Part shown: positions 23,261 to 36,290 of the stretch, in pieces
Numbering within the stretch: the stretch's first letter is position 1
How the letters are laid out: each line of letters opens with the position of its first letter
Source of the DNA: Myxine glutinosa
Lineage: Eukaryota
Direction: 5' to 3' (one strand)
Assembly: GCF_040869285.1 (NCBI RefSeq)
Contig: NC_090432.1
DNA length: 64,000 bases
Translations under genes and position numbers: made by a program
The notes under the pieces: generated by a model
Seen by the model: only the letters and a program-made list of their open reading frames with translations
Databases searched by the model: none
Told to the model about the DNA's origin: nothing

Positions 23261-23334
23261 GTGGTGTGTGTCGGGATGGTGCTGAGGAGTCGTCCAAGGA
23301 CGCAGTGATGTGCTGACCCAGCGTACGCTCCCAT

Positions 23335-23363
23335 ACATATATATATATATATATATATATACG

Positions 23364-23412
<49 letters not shown>
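23335..23412. repeat. Compound (TA)n/(GT)n microsatellite
   Basis: Simple repeats. Confidence 0.85.
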
Positions 23413-24060
23413 TTGTTTGTCTGTGACCAGGACATCTCAAAGTTATGGACAGATTTGGGCAAAACCTGGTACAGGTTGGGTGTGTGCCAAATGAATTGAA
23501 AAGGTTTTGGTGAAGATCCAGATCCTGATCTAATCATTTTTTTCAGATAGGACCGGACAGCAGACACGACGACGACGACGACAGCAGCGAATGACCAGAT
23601 ACGAAAAATTTTAAGTGAATCTTCACCATTGAGAGATGGGGCCAAAGATGTTATACAGTATAGCACAATATCTCAAAAAGTTATGGATATATTCAGACGA
23701 AACTTAGTGGACAGGTTCGGTGTGTGACAAGGACGAATTGGTTCAATTTTGGATGCAGATGGATTGCAATGCAACTTACAAATTGGTTAGATTCTGGTGA
23801 AGATCCAGATTTTCGATTTTTTTTTTCAGTGATTCTCATCATTGAGAGATAGGGCCAAAAATAATATATAGCACAATATTTCAAGAAGTTGTGGAAGGGT
23901 TGTGACAAAACTAGTTACTTCCACCAGCGAATGTGGATGGAGGTTGTGTTTTCAGCCCTGTCTGTCTGTGAACAAGATAACTCAAAGTTGTGGATGGATT
24001 CAGACGAAACGATGTTGATTTGATGATCGAATCAAAATGTGTTGATCAAAATGTTGTTGT
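23412..24060. repeat. Tandem array (about 3-4 units of roughly 200-220 bp) of an uncharacterised repeat family
   Basis: The recurring modules are ...CTCAAAGTTATGGAC(A/G)GATT..GGACGAAAC..GGTGGACAGGTTGGGTGTGTG...GGTGAAGATCCAGAT...TTTTTTCAG...TCACCATTGAGAGATGGGGCCAAA...ATAGCACAATATCTCAAAAAGTTATGGA. Dispersed copies lie at 25265-25490 and 34740-35160. Confidence 0.6.
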
Positions 24061-24269
24061 TGTTGATCAAAATGTTGTGTTGTCAAATTTGTTGTTGATT
24101 TGTTTTGTCTGTGTTGATTTGTTTGTTTTGTTTGTTGTTTTGTTGAAACGATGTTGTGGATGGATTTGGCAGAGAGGCAGCGTATGTGACGAGGACAAAA
24201 CGATTAGATTTTAGTGAAGATCTGAGTATGGATTCGGATGAGAATTTTTTTGTTTGTTTTTTTTGTTGT

Positions 24270-25260
24270 TGTTGTATCCAAGATCGAGGCTCGTTAAAGA
24301 GCTAGCACATCAAACGAATATTAGCACATAAAACACAAAAAACAAACACACGTAAAACAATAAAGGGAGGGGGAGACAAGATGGGGAGAGGGAAGCACAC
24401 AAGCACAACAGTGGAGAACAGGGACATCGGGAGATCTGTTCAAAGGGAGAGGGCTGGGGGGGAGGAGGCATGGGAAGGTGGGGGAGGGGGTTGGGAAAGG
24501 TATAAAACACATGGACACTGCCAGAATTTCCAGGAAAGAAAGAAGTTGGGATTTCCAAAAAAAAAAAGTCGGGAGAAAAGAGGAATGAAGGAGGGAAGGT
24601 GAGCAGAGAGTCTTGATTGTGGCAGTTTCACCATAAGAGGGTTGCTGGCAGATCATGTGCGACCTGTAGGAATATTTGGGGGACAGAGCACAGACAGATG
24701 GGGGAGCTAGGCCAGAGAGGAGTCGGTCGAAGACGGAAAGACCACCAACCTGCCTGCGGTGAGAGAGTGAAAGGCCCTCAGAATCAGCTTCATCAAGGGA
24801 GATTCCAATGATCCTGAAGGCTTTGGTTTCTACAGCGTGAAGTCGAGCTAGGTGTGAGGCAGGAGCACCAGCCCAGAGGGGAGAGCAGTATTCCATTTAG
24901 CTACGAATGAAAGCCTTGTATGTGGTGAGAAGCTCAGGTGTGCCAAGGAAGGACTTCGCAGACGGAGGATGCCCAGTCGGCGAATGGCTTTGGAGGCCAG
25001 CTTGGAAATGTGGTTTTCCCAGGAAAGATCGTGGCAGATAGTGAGACCCAAAAAATTGAGTGACAACTTCTTGGAGGATTGTTGAGAAAGTATATGGGAG
25101 GGTTTTCCAGTCGGTCTTTTCAGAGAGACATCGTGAGAGTGTGAGATTTGTCAGGATTGAAAGACATGTTCCACTTGTTTGACCAGTTTGTGATTTTGTC
25201 CAGGTCTGCAGAGAGTGAGGAGGCTGCTGTCTGCCAATCTGAGGGTTGAGATATGGACCA
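24270..25260 (-). mobile_element. 3' fragment of family-B CR1-like LINE
   Basis: The reverse complement begins with the LINE-B tail (GCTAGCTCTTTAACGAGCCTCGATCTTGGA). The minus ORF at 24321-24896 encodes the RT C-terminus (...MEYCSPLWAGAPASHLARLHAVETKAFRIIGIS...). Confidence 0.7.
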
Positions 25261-25264
25261 GCAG

Positions 25265-25490
25265 AGAGTGGAATTATTTAATTATCGAAGTGATTCTTCA
25301 CCATTGAGATATCGGGGAAAAAACGATACACATGATATTTTTTAACGTTATGGACGAGTTATAACTAAACTTGGGGGACAAGTCGGTTAGGCGACAAGAA
25401 CCAGGCGATTACATTTTGTTTCAGGTCCGAATCCAGATTCGGCCTATCAGTGGGATACAAACCACAAGCTGTTCACCCTGGCGGAGGTAT
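25265..25490. repeat. Dispersed copy of the 23412-24060 repeat family
   Basis: Shares TCTTCACCATTGAGATATCGGGG...GGTCCGAATCCAGATTCGGCCTATCAGTGGGATACAAA...CCTGGCGGAGG with 34925-35140. Confidence 0.55.
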
Positions 25491-25888
25491 GCACTCTGAC
25501 CGAGTGCTGTTCTAGTTTGATAACGTGTTCATGCATCTCAGCCTGGGTTATATACTGATGTTAGTTGGTATTCTTTTTCAGTTCTTTACATGATTAGTTC
25601 AGAATGTTTTTTTTTTTAACCTTAAAGCTTAGGTGAGGTTATTTGTTGTTTTGTTTGTTTAATGCGGAATCATTACCAAGATAGTTACTCGTATTTTCTT
25701 TTAAAATTGCATTCACCTTCAACGCCCTTTCTGCTTGTCACCATGTTTGAAATTATATGGGGTTCATCTTGCTCGGAGGAAACTATGACTATTTATCTTG
25801 GAGGAAACAATATATGATAAAAACTTGACAATTTATCATATGGAGGAAACGCGTACTGCCAATATTTAAAACATGGTTAAAATAATAA

Positions 25889-26002
<114 letters not shown>

Positions 26003-26105
26003 TGAGTTAAGAATTGCATTCCATTTCTGTTCCACATCAAAATGTGATCATTCCAATTCCTCAGTACAGCATAATGACGGATGCAATAAAAAAGAACCAA
26101 ATATA

Positions 26106-26411
26106 TATTTAAAAAACACCTTTAGAGGCCATTTTTCCCCGCAGAGCAGGGGTTCGCCTTTTTCGGGCACCGTGGTCCCCTTTTTGAAGCAATGTTTTAT
26201 GGCCGGATGCCCTTCCTGCCGCCAACCCTGTTAGTCACCTTTTGCGACACAAAGGGAATTACCAGTGAACTGGTACTCAATTTGCCGACCTCGGAAGGAT
26301 GACAGACTGAGTCAACCCTCCTGGTGTTAATTCAGTGATCGACCGGGATTCGAACCCAGGATCCTAGGATCCCAAGCCGGCACCCTAACCGCAAAGCCAA
26401 CACCAGGCTCA
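26106..26411 (-). mobile_element. tRNA-derived SINE copy (antisense), tail type II
   Basis: The reverse complement starts AGCCTGGTGTTGGCTTTGCGGTTAGGGTGCCGGCTTGGGATCC...GGGTTCGAATCCCGGTCGATC, with box A and box B in order. The tail reads ...GGGGAAAAATGGCCTCTAAAGGTG. An A-run lies at 26401-26411. Confidence 0.8.
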
Positions 26412-26479
26412 AAAAAAAAAAAGTCGGAAAGTAAAAAGGGACAAGTCAAAAAAAAAGAACCAAATATGATCATCTTTAA

Positions 26480-26835
26480 TGAATGAATGAATGATCGTTT
26501 TAAGGCCATTTTCCCCGCTAGAGCGGGGGTTAGCCTTGCGGGCCCCATGACAATCATGGTTCCGTGTTTGAGGCAATGTTTTTATGGCCGGATACCCTTC
26601 CTGACGCCAACCCTTGGTCGTCTCTTACGATGCGCAGGGATACGGTGTACCTATTCTAAACCGGGGTACACACCGTGATCATTCATCCCAGCAAGCTGGT
26701 ACTCAATTTGCCGACCTCGGAAGGATGACAGGCTGAGTCAACCCCCCTGGCATTAATTCAGCGATCGACCGGGATTCGAACTCAGGATCCGAGGATCCCA
26801 AGCCGGCACCCTAACCGCTAAGCCAACACCAGGCT
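26480..26835 (-). mobile_element. tRNA-derived SINE copy (antisense), tail type I
   Basis: In sense orientation the tail ...GCAAGGCTAACCCCCGCTCTAGCGGGGAAAATGGCCTTAAAACGATCATTCATTCATTC shares about 45 bp with the 3' end of the RTE LINE at 6690-6745. Confidence 0.8.
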
Positions 26836-27222
26836 ATTTAATGCTGGCGATTAACTAAACTTCAAAATTCCTGCCTTCATGGATTTCATGGGAAAGTCAT
26901 TGTCATGGAGGTTTGCATAACAGTTTGAAATGAACTGGATTTTGAAGCTTGTTCATAGATTGGGCCTCAGTGAGGCCATAGACGAAATTCTGAACTTGTG
27001 TAATAACATCCATCCAATGTTTTTTTTTGTTTGTTTTTTTTTTGTAATAACATCCACCACGACGTGCACTCGGCCAAAGATAAATGTACAGTAGTTCACC
27101 GCATTGTCTTCACCTTGCACACAGGATCATTACCTGCATATCGGGGCGGAGTTGTAAACAAAATAGAATTGCACTCTTAAAGGTAGAAATCAATTGATTG
27201 TACCAAACTCCTTTTCTCTCAG

Positions 27223-27307
27223 GTATCATCGCTGTGACTTCAGGATCCCACTCATTCCCAGATGTGGTGAGGTTGCCACGCCTGCCTCTGCCAAATTGCA
27301 TTGCTCT
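27223..27307 (+). CDS. PHAF1: PHAF1 coding exon (3' boundary tentative)
   Basis: The acceptor is ctctcag. The exon encodes (M)YHRCDFRIPL..., against human IYHRCEFKIPL.... The proposed donor TCT|gtgcag is weak. The middle of this exon is poorly conserved. Confidence 0.5.
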
Positions 27308-27618
27308 GTGCAGGATATTTTAGGATGTTTATACCTTGTCTCAGTGGTATTTTGAAAGACCACATTTGTCACCACAGAGCTGGACAAAGACAAAGAACCT
27401 TTTGTCATCACAGCCTACACAAAGGTCAGCTACAAATTACTTCACACCCGGCCCTTCCGAACAGTGTCAAAACCAGCCCAGTCAGGCCTAATCCTATAGT
27501 TGAGGAACTATCGGGAAATGTGTTGCTAAGATGTGCTTACCCGAACGTTTGAGTACCTGTCAGTCACACAAACACATGAAAATATTTTTGGCCTAATGTG
27601 GCTGGTGCTGTGCTGCAG

Positions 27619-27677
27619 TGGGATGCAGTGCGGGAAGCATTAGGACAGCCCACTGACCATCCTGTCATCCTGAACAG
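27619..27677 (+). CDS. PHAF1: PHAF1 coding exon
   Basis: The acceptor is gctgcag and the donor is CAG|gtgatt. The exon encodes WDAVREALGQPTDHPVILN(R), against human [20 protein letters not shown]. Confidence 0.7.
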
Positions 27678-27749
27678 GTGATTCAGGGGTCGTGTATAAA
27701 AGTCACTTGAAGAAGCATTCTGAGAAAATGAGCAAACATAGTTATGTAA

Positions 27750-27875
<126 letters not shown>

Positions 27876-27998
27876 TGATAACATGGAACAGAATGAACTT
27901 GTCCAGGCCTTGATTTTGCTTTAGCTTCAGTGAAACCCTTGATTTGTGCTACGATAAAAGTTACTTTAGCATCATCTTGGTGACTAGTATGCCTGCAG

Positions 27999-28037
<39 letters not shown>

Positions 28038-29249
28038 TTAGTGCAACTGTAATGTGTATGTTATTAAACAAAGCATATTTGAGTCAGCTCAATTAATCCA
28101 GATTCGATGTCATATTCAAATTTACACCAAGAAACCTTTGTTCAGTAAAGAGCACGACGTACAAGCCCACTGTGCAGGTTTTGAGATTGCCCCCATTCAG
28201 TGTAACCCATGTTCACAAGGTCAGCCTGTTTTGGGTTGGGTTGACATCCACAGGTGCATGGTTTGCCAGACCGCATGGACCAAGAGGGTAACTGTCCATA
28301 AAATTGACTCGTGGAGGAAATAGCATCACCGTGAAATGGCTTGAGTTGTACCAACAAGTTACTAAAAAAGCACCACCATGGTTTTTACTAAAATTTCGTT
28401 CTTAGATTGGTTTTGCTCCATTTATAAGTCAAAATGACAATGTAAAACGAAAAATCATACGGATACTTTTAGGAATCGTCGTGTTTGCTTTGTAGTCTGG
28501 AAAAACCGAGGGAATGTTAAGTAGAGCAGTCTATTCCGATAATCAGTTATTCCTCATTAATCTGAGCGGTAAAATTACAGGCAGATTGTGCGTACAACAC
28601 ATTCACTCCCGATAAAATCGTGCATTTTCTTCAGAATAAAAGAAAATGTACGTTAAAGTGAAAAAATAACTTTTGATGGCAATGGTTTGTGTGGGTTTAG
28701 GAAATTACACCATGCAGTTGTGAACATGAATATCCAGCAGTACAAAAACCCCCCCAAAAAGAACGGCCAAGGCAGCTTGCTACAAGTGGCTTATAATAAG
28801 AGTTTCCTTACAAGGAAATAAAATAAAGGAGGCCACGAGGATCATCAAGGCCTGTGCAATGGTCGTTTGTCTGTGCTCCATCCTTTCAATGCCGAATGTC
28901 AAGTAAGGATGCCGTACGTACCATTTTAAAAGTCCGATTCGGCCGGGGTTCTAACCGTCGACCACCAAGACTCAGAGCGGATGCTCAAACCATTACACCA
29001 CCGAGTCCGGTTAAATTGTTGCTGTCAATTGATGCAAGTTTAATTTCATGTCCTGATGTGCATGGAGACCAATTTTCTGTGTGACAGACGAGCGAGGCGC
29101 AGGGTGAACACCCTCGGACAGACACGTAGATTCTTCGCTTAACGTGCTATCGAGCATGTGCTTATTCTTTTCGTACAAACTCTTTATGTGGTCTCCCCTT
29201 GGTCTCCCCTCATCCCCATGGCCAATTCAGTTCAATGCATTAACATTTG

Positions 29250-29530
29250 CAAGCAATCATACTGTTAGGGTTTTGAGAACCCGGCCCGCATCGCAGCTCG
29301 CTTCGCTCGGCGCAATCCATCTATTACGCTGCGGCCCGGGCGGGAGTATTTCCTCGCGGACCGGAAGCCGCTGGTACTTAGGTCATAGGAAGACTTGGCC
29401 TACTACCCTATTCAGCGCTGACCGGGAGTGACGTCATACCCCCAGGACCGGTCGGCTGGCCAGCTTAACAAGACAAGGGGATTAAACCCCCCCCCCCCCC
29501 TTGCTAACGGGAGTGCCGTCCCGCGGATCC
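29250..29530. other. CpG-rich GC island inside PHAF1 intron (contains TGACGTCA CRE-like palindrome at about 29430)
   Basis: CG dinucleotides are dense here (e.g. CGCATCGCAGCTCGCTTCGCTCGGCGCAATCC...CGGCCCGGGCGGG) against an otherwise CpG-poor background. Confidence 0.35.
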
Positions 29531-30505
29531 GTAACAATACTTTCATATTTCACAGGAGGTGTCACTGCCATTTAAACCACTAACCTAGTAACTTCGTCCC
29601 ACTTGAATTAATACAAAGACATTTTAAGTTCTGTTCAAAACCAGGTGCAAGGTGTGGTTCAATTTGCAATCTTTAAATTGGTTCAACTTGCCCAAGTGTT
29701 ACACGAAGTGGTGCCAAACTGGTATTAAGCGCTCGGACAAATGTGAGGTTAATTTCAGAGCAGTTGGTATCAAGCTAAAAGTTGAGTGTGTTTATAACCG
29801 TGGGAAACGGAGGGTCTCTGAGTAAAAGGAAGGGCTAACGGGCATCGTCAGCCACACCCTGTTTCCTTTCCCGACAGCAGTTTACCTTGTTTTCCTAAAA
29901 CTCTATAATTGATTATAATAATCCATTGTTTATTTTGTTCGCTTACACACAACGCAATTCTTTTTCCACAGAGCCATTGTACTAATCATTGGCCTTCAGT
30001 GTAAAAGGAAAACAAAATACGTTTTGATCCTCCCACCTTTCATGAATTTGTCACATGGTAAAAATACGATATGTATTTTTTTTAAAGGAACATTTTATTC
30101 CTGCACTGGTTGAAATAGCTCACAATGGGAGGTTGTATTTCTTAACAGCAAAGAACAAAAAATTTGGGAATGATCAAGGCAGTGGTGTGCTGCCTATACA
30201 CCACCCAAGTTCTTTTATTATTATTTTTGGTCCAATTTAATTTTTAAAAATAATTTCCCTATCGATTTGGATCAAATTGAAGCACCTTTTACTTAATGTG
30301 TTTTCTCCAACGAGCATTTCCATTATTCAGTGGCTATATATATATATTGTATGGAGATAATCTAATTTCTGCAACTTCTCCTCCCCGCCCCCATGTTTTG
30401 TAGTCATTGCAATAGAAACGTTTTGACTGAAACTGTTTTGTACACAGCAAAAGTGACTCCATTACCCAGATTGCTCCACTCACGCTTGCCACCCAATGTG
30501 CACAG

Positions 30506-30586
30506 GTTATGTCAAACAGCCACATAGCTTCAGTGACTTTGTATTGGAAACAGGGGGCTGGAGCTGTGAGAGCACCAGAGGTATAG
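30506..30586 (+). CDS. PHAF1: PHAF1 terminal coding exon (stop TAG 30584-30586)
   Basis: The acceptor is gtgcacag. The exon encodes [26 protein letters not shown], against human [28 protein letters not shown]. Confidence 0.75.
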   Translation, partial: [26 protein letters not shown]

Positions 30587-31886
30587 TGGCTTCGACTCCA
30601 TCTTCCCTCCCACCTCACTGAATGACCTCATGCTGACCCCCAACTTGCTCACCGTCCCCACCTACTTCTTGAAAAAAAAGTTATCTTTTATCTACTGCAC
30701 CAGATCATACCAGGACACGGGAGCATTACCCCACTCCTGCCCGACTACGGGTGCACTTTTTTTGTACGGCCAGGCCCACCACGATGGTTCAAACAGCTTT
30801 CGAAGAGCTAGGAAAAAACATGGGCCTCGGCTTCACCAGGTGGTTTACGTGATGCAGTGACATTTGGGAGCCAAGGAGGAATCCGATAAGCACAATGGAT
30901 TAAACGACCACATGCATTCCCACCCTCCCACCATGCTAATTCTACACAAATCGGAGGTTAAGAGGAAAGGGTGGGGAGGGGGAGAAAAGAAAACGACAAC
31001 AAAATTCAGCATTTTTACTGCTCAACACCCGTTTATTGTGAGAAAAGGTGCCGAAGTTGTGATGGGGGCGGGTGCAGCCTCGTGGTGGTGTTTCTTGTTT
31101 GCACTAATTTGGTTCCTCTGTTCCTACTTGATTTGCGTTCCAAACGTCGAATAACCACTGATCGTGGTGTCTGCCTCACACGAGGAGGAAAGGTTGTCGT
31201 AAAGTCGTGCGTTGCACAAGTTCTCTCGAAGCATATCTTAGTTCACTTGTACGATTTTCACTATGCGATCGGGTTTTGACTTTTTTGGCCAAACTGGCAG
31301 ACTTCAAAGGTCTACCTTCGATTTGTCATGTATGTATGAAATGTTCCTTCAATTACACGAAATCATCTTTCCTTAAAAAATGTTCACAGAAAATTTTTTT
31401 TATCGTAAATTTGTGTTGCCTTTTTAAAGGGTTTTGAATTGCATTTTCCAATCTATAAGCAAGTGGAAAAAGAAAATTCACCACTGGGTATTGTTTCCTT
31501 GCTACGCTGGCTTAACCGATGTCAGGATGTTTAGATTTTGTACAACATGCGAAGAATGCATTGCAGCAATGGCATTGAAAATGGGGAAGGGATTATAGAG
31601 GAATAGGGGAAGGAAAGGTATATTTTAGCATGGCTCTGCTATGTGATATGATCTATGGTGGCTGTGTACAATAAAGATTCAAAGCAAGCATTTTACCCCG
31701 ATTCGTGTGTGTAGATGCTCGAGGTCCTTTTGGTTTTCGGTACCGAGGTTAGAGAGAAAAGCAATGTGGCGTGAGAAAATAAACCCTCCCCAGCACGTCC
31801 CCACATATAATTAACCGACGAGGGATCGACACTGCCACCAGGCTGCAGACGGGGGCCTGACACCAGAATGCTCCCACCTACGTACA

Positions 31887-31910
31887 CGTGCACACGGGGG
31901 GGGGGGGGGG
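31887..31910. repeat. poly(G) homopolymer (about 23 nt)
   Basis: Seen directly. Comparable poly(C) runs lie at 15001-15025 and 29476-29490. Confidence 0.9.
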
Positions 31911-32024
31911 GGGGGGAGGATCAGACCATCAATCACTTGATCATAAATGCTACAATTACTGCACAACCAGCTCTGCTGGCAGCTATGGATCTCAAAACAT
32001 GAAGCAGTTATCAAAGTAGAGTGC

Positions 32025-32420
32025 TTGTTCACGAAGCCTGGTGTTGGCTTAGCACTTAGGGTACCGGCTTGGGATCCTAGGATCCCGAATTCGAATCCGG
32101 GTCGATCGCTGAATTAATGCCAGGGGGGTTGACTCAGCCTGTCATCCTTCTGAGGTCCGCAAATTGAGTACCCGCTTGCTGGGATTAAGGATCCCGGTGT
32201 GTACCCCGATTTAGAATAGGTACACCTATTCTTTTTTTCTTTCTTTTTTCTCACACCGTATCCCTGCGCATCGTAAGAGGCGACTAAGGGTTTGCGTCAG
32301 GAAGGGCATCCGGCCATAAAAACATTGCCTCAAATAGGAAACCATGAGGTCATGGAGCCTGCAAGGCAAACCCCTGCTCTAGTGGGGAAAAATGGCCTTA
32401 AAACGATAATTCATTCATTC
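32025..32420 (+). mobile_element. tRNA-derived SINE copy (sense), tail type I
   Basis: The head reads AGCCTGGTGTTGGCTTAGCACTTAGGGTACCGGCTTGGGATCC...CGAATTCGAATCCGGGTCGATCGC. The 3' end reads ...GCAAGGCAAACCCCTGCTCTAGTGGGGAAAAATGGCCTTAAAACGATAATTCATTCATTC. Confidence 0.8.
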
Positions 32421-33649
32421 AGTACTTGTTCACTAGAAGATGAGATGTTACAATTGGAGAAGTTATGTTTCATTTGATTTCCACGTAGAAATTGTGCTAC
32501 AAATGGCAGAATGAACACTTGAGAAGGCGAGTCTTCAATGACAAGTGGAATACGTTTCTAAACTTTGGTGTTATTTCAAAATGAATGGTCAGTCGAGTTA
32601 CAATCTTTGATGGAACGATTGCTGTATAAAAGGGAAGTGCAAAGCGCCCCTCCCTTTATATGGAATCGTTTCTCTGTCTGCAGCTTTAACATGGGGACTG
32701 AAAATTCGTTTCTCACCTTCTACTTTACGAAATCGGCTGCAAATTTCAGAAGTAAATGCTTTGTATGTTGAGGTAATATGTTACAAATTTCAACAACGTC
32801 CGTTCCCGCATTCTTGAGTTTTATTAAGAAAACCCTCAAATTCAAGTTGGTGTCTGTCCGTCCATCCGTCCGCCCAAAATGTGTTGGCGCTCATCTCTCA
32901 AAGGCTATACATTGAAACTAGCTGAAACTTGGAATATACATGGCCAATGCATCTAGTTAATGGCTTTCGAAACAAATTCCACCTAAGTGCCATAGTTTTT
33001 GCTTTAAAATTATACATATATATGCAAATATTATATATCTAAATCTCCATATATACACAGTTTATAACTCTTTAAAATATATATATTTAAAAATCCAACG
33101 TGTTGGCCCAATGGCCTAATAAAGATAGGATTTAAAGAAACGACAAAATACGAGTCAGAGGTCACATAGAAGCCTCATGACAGCACGATTTATAGATAAA
33201 ACAGTACATTTTACCAACTGCAAGAGTAAAGCAAGAATTACCAATGATCGACTTTGTGGCAACAAATGGTCTTAATCCACCACACATGTTTGACAATGGT
33301 CCAAGGTACAGAGCATCAGAGTCATCTGTGGAATATTGGATAGTTTCTCACCAGCTTCAGGTTGGTTTGTGCCCAGATGTACAGGCTTCTATCCCATGAT
33401 GCTGTGGCGAGAACAGCATCCATCTTCTGCACACCGCTTAAACCTTTTTGGTGAACCTACGGTGGGAGAAATGTGATGAACAACATTCACTCACCAAATA
33501 CTCCTGACCCACCATGACCATCTATAATAATAAAAGGGTGTGTGTGTGTGTGTGTGTGTGTCTGTCCATCCGTCCGTCCGTCCGTCCGTCCGTCCCCTCC
33601 ATAACTTCAAAACCATGAAACCTAGCGGCCCCAAACTTGCGTTTGTTCT

Positions 33650-34500
33650 GTTACATCCTGATCCGTTTAGTATTCTAGCTCTTCCATGAGCCTCGACTCT
33701 GTATACAAAAGGCAGCCTTACCTTGCCAATCCTGTTGTTGGTGTATGCTCCCCTCCAACCTCCTCCCCACCCCCTTTCACCTCAAACATCACCACCGCAG
33801 ACTGCTCAACATTCATGTAAGCTCAGCATTTGCCACAATCTCGTGTATACAACACATCCAGTTTGGTCTGCACCTTACACTTTGGACCCACTGTCTATTG
33901 GACTTGCAACTTTCTTACCCGAGGAAATAGAAACGTTCTTTAGCTCAATGCCTGCAGCATACAAGGTTGCCTCCATACCTGTCTTTTTGACTTCCTTCTC
34001 GTGAAGTCGATGCCTTTCCATCGATAGAATCGGATGCTACATCCTCTCATTGGCTTGAGTGCTAAAATGCAGTATTGGGCCCAGTCTTGTTCCTAATCCC
34101 CATAAACGACCTCTCTGCCACTCCGGAGCCTCTTTCATTTTGCAGATGACTCCAAAATGCCATACAGTATCCCTTCACACTCACAGGCAGACAGCAGATG
34201 CATCACTCTGCTGCTCGGGAAATGATTAGATGCCAAACTGCTAAGTGGTTTGATCAATGGTACTCTTCTTTCCAAGGCTACAGCAGGCAGGTAGTGCACC
34301 ACCAACCATCCAATGTCATCCCCCATTCCAATCTGCAATCTTTGTACTCCCACGAATGCTAAATAACCCAATTCTCTTACAGGTAGGTTCCTGTTCGTGC
34401 TTTCTCTCTATTCATTCCCTTTCTTGTGGTCCCATATCAACATAATGCATTTTTACTCTCCGTCACCTCACTCTTCCATGAGCTTAGATCTTGTACATAT
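33650..34500 (+). mobile_element. Degenerate CR1-like LINE fragments (family B-related)
   Basis: The region contains the tail motifs CTCTTCCATGAGCCTCGACTCTGTATAC (33670) and CTCTTCCATGAGCTTAGATCTTGTAC (34465). RT remnants read GPVLFLIPINDLSATPEPLSFCR...FADDSKM at 34085-34170. Confidence 0.5.
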
Positions 34501-34739
34501 ACCTTAAATAAAGACAGTCAAGTCAAGTTTAACTTGTAGTTAAGCAACTCTCAAGGGCACACTCAATCGTTGAGGTAAAAATTACTTTGGTGCATTTCAC
34601 AATTAAGGTACACAAATGACAGGAGCCTTACCTTGTTCCAGTTGACCGTGTTCTGCCTGTGACCATCCAAATATGAACTAGGTAACCAGCCAATCTGGCC
34701 CAAGGAATCTCCCAAGAGCACCTGCATGTCTGATGTCAT

Positions 34740-35160
34740 AAAATAATCAACTTAACCAAAAACAATACATAGCATATCTCAAAAAGTTATGGACGGATTC
34801 AGATTAAATTTGGTGGACAGGTTGGGTGTGTGATAATTTTAAAATTTCAATTCATTTTAAAAATGAAGATATAAATATTTTTTAATTTTAATAAAAATCA
34901 ACTGCAGAGAATTTTAAAAATTTGCAAGTGATTCTTCACCATGGAGAGATGGGGCCAAAAATATACATCGCACGATATCTCAAAAAGTTGTGCATGGATT
35001 TGGACGAAACCAGGTGGGCGACTTGGAAAGGTGACAAGAACAAGCCGATTCGATTTTGGTTCAGGTCCGGATCCAGATTGGGCCAATCAGTGGGATACAA
35101 AACAAATTGTTCAGCCTGGCGGAGGAATGTACTCTACTGAGTGCCGTTCAAGTTTTCCTC
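34740..35160. repeat. Dispersed copies of the 23412-24060 repeat family
   Basis: Two partial units sharing ATCTCAAAAAGTTATGGACGGATTCAGA... and TCTTCACCATGGAGAGATGGGGCCAAAAATATACATCGCACGATATCTCAAAAAGTTGTG...GGTCCGGATCCAGATTGGGCCAATCAGTGGGATACAAAAC. Confidence 0.55.
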
Positions 35161-36290
35161 TGTTTCACTCTTAATTTCTTTCTTTGTGTCTAAAGAAGTG
35201 AATTCTTAGAAAAATATTTCTCTAAGGTGCACTTGGCTGCATTTCGATTGGGTTAAGGGCAAAGGAGTAGCAGCTGAAACCAGAATCCTATCCAGGTTCC
35301 TTCTGATAATCTTTTGCTCCTTTCTTATTGGGGTTTCTTCTGATGACTCCAATACAGTATTTGCTCTTTTATATTATTACTATGCAAGTGGTTCAATCTT
35401 AGGTCAAGTCTCAATTCTAAGAGGCAAAATAATGTGCATAGATCAATTTGAGATTTTTTTTTTTTACGGCTTGTAATCAGCAACCATAATTATGCGCTTC
35501 CTGCTTTAACGCATGTGCTGAAAATTATTTTGGTGGCTGATCCCAGAGAACACTGGTGGTAAAACGTTTTTGACAAACGAGGCAATCAAGAATGATACCC
35601 TGTACTGAATATGTACTTGTCTAAAATAATTATACACTGAATAGTATTTTGCATACCCACTTAATAGGTATACAAAAGCTTCTACTCTGATGGGACAAGT
35701 GTGTATTCAGAGCTGAAGAACACCTCCCAAAGTAAAGAAAAAACAAGAAAAAAAACAATCAGAGATTGCAAACCCTCACCAGGATGTATTTTCAGTGGTT
35801 TTTAAGGCTTTTGTGTTAAAACAAATATGGCGGGCGAACGACGTGACCGATGACGTCATTTTTTTTTTTTCTAAACTAATTTATTCCTAGATTATGCTCA
35901 AGACATTTCATCTTGATCGGATGAAGTTTTGTACTTGTCGAATTATGACATCATAATGGAGGCACCTATGACATCATTAACATTTTATTCCCCATGGAGA
36001 GCCCTTTACAATGAGCCATGTCTCAATTTTTTTCTATTCAGCACTTTTAGAGATATAGAGGTGCAAAGTTTTTCGATCTTTCCAAGATGGCGGCCGAACC
36101 ACGTGACCTATGACGTCATAAGTATTCTCCTCTGGCGGGGTAATAAATTTTGTAAAATATGTACAGGCCTGGTTATGAGTATAAACAAAAGTTTGAAGCA
36201 CTCTCAAATTAGTGCAATATTGCCAATTTGTTCAAGGTTAGTCTGGTGAGGGAAATATCAATACGGCTGGTTGGATATGAATGCAAACTT

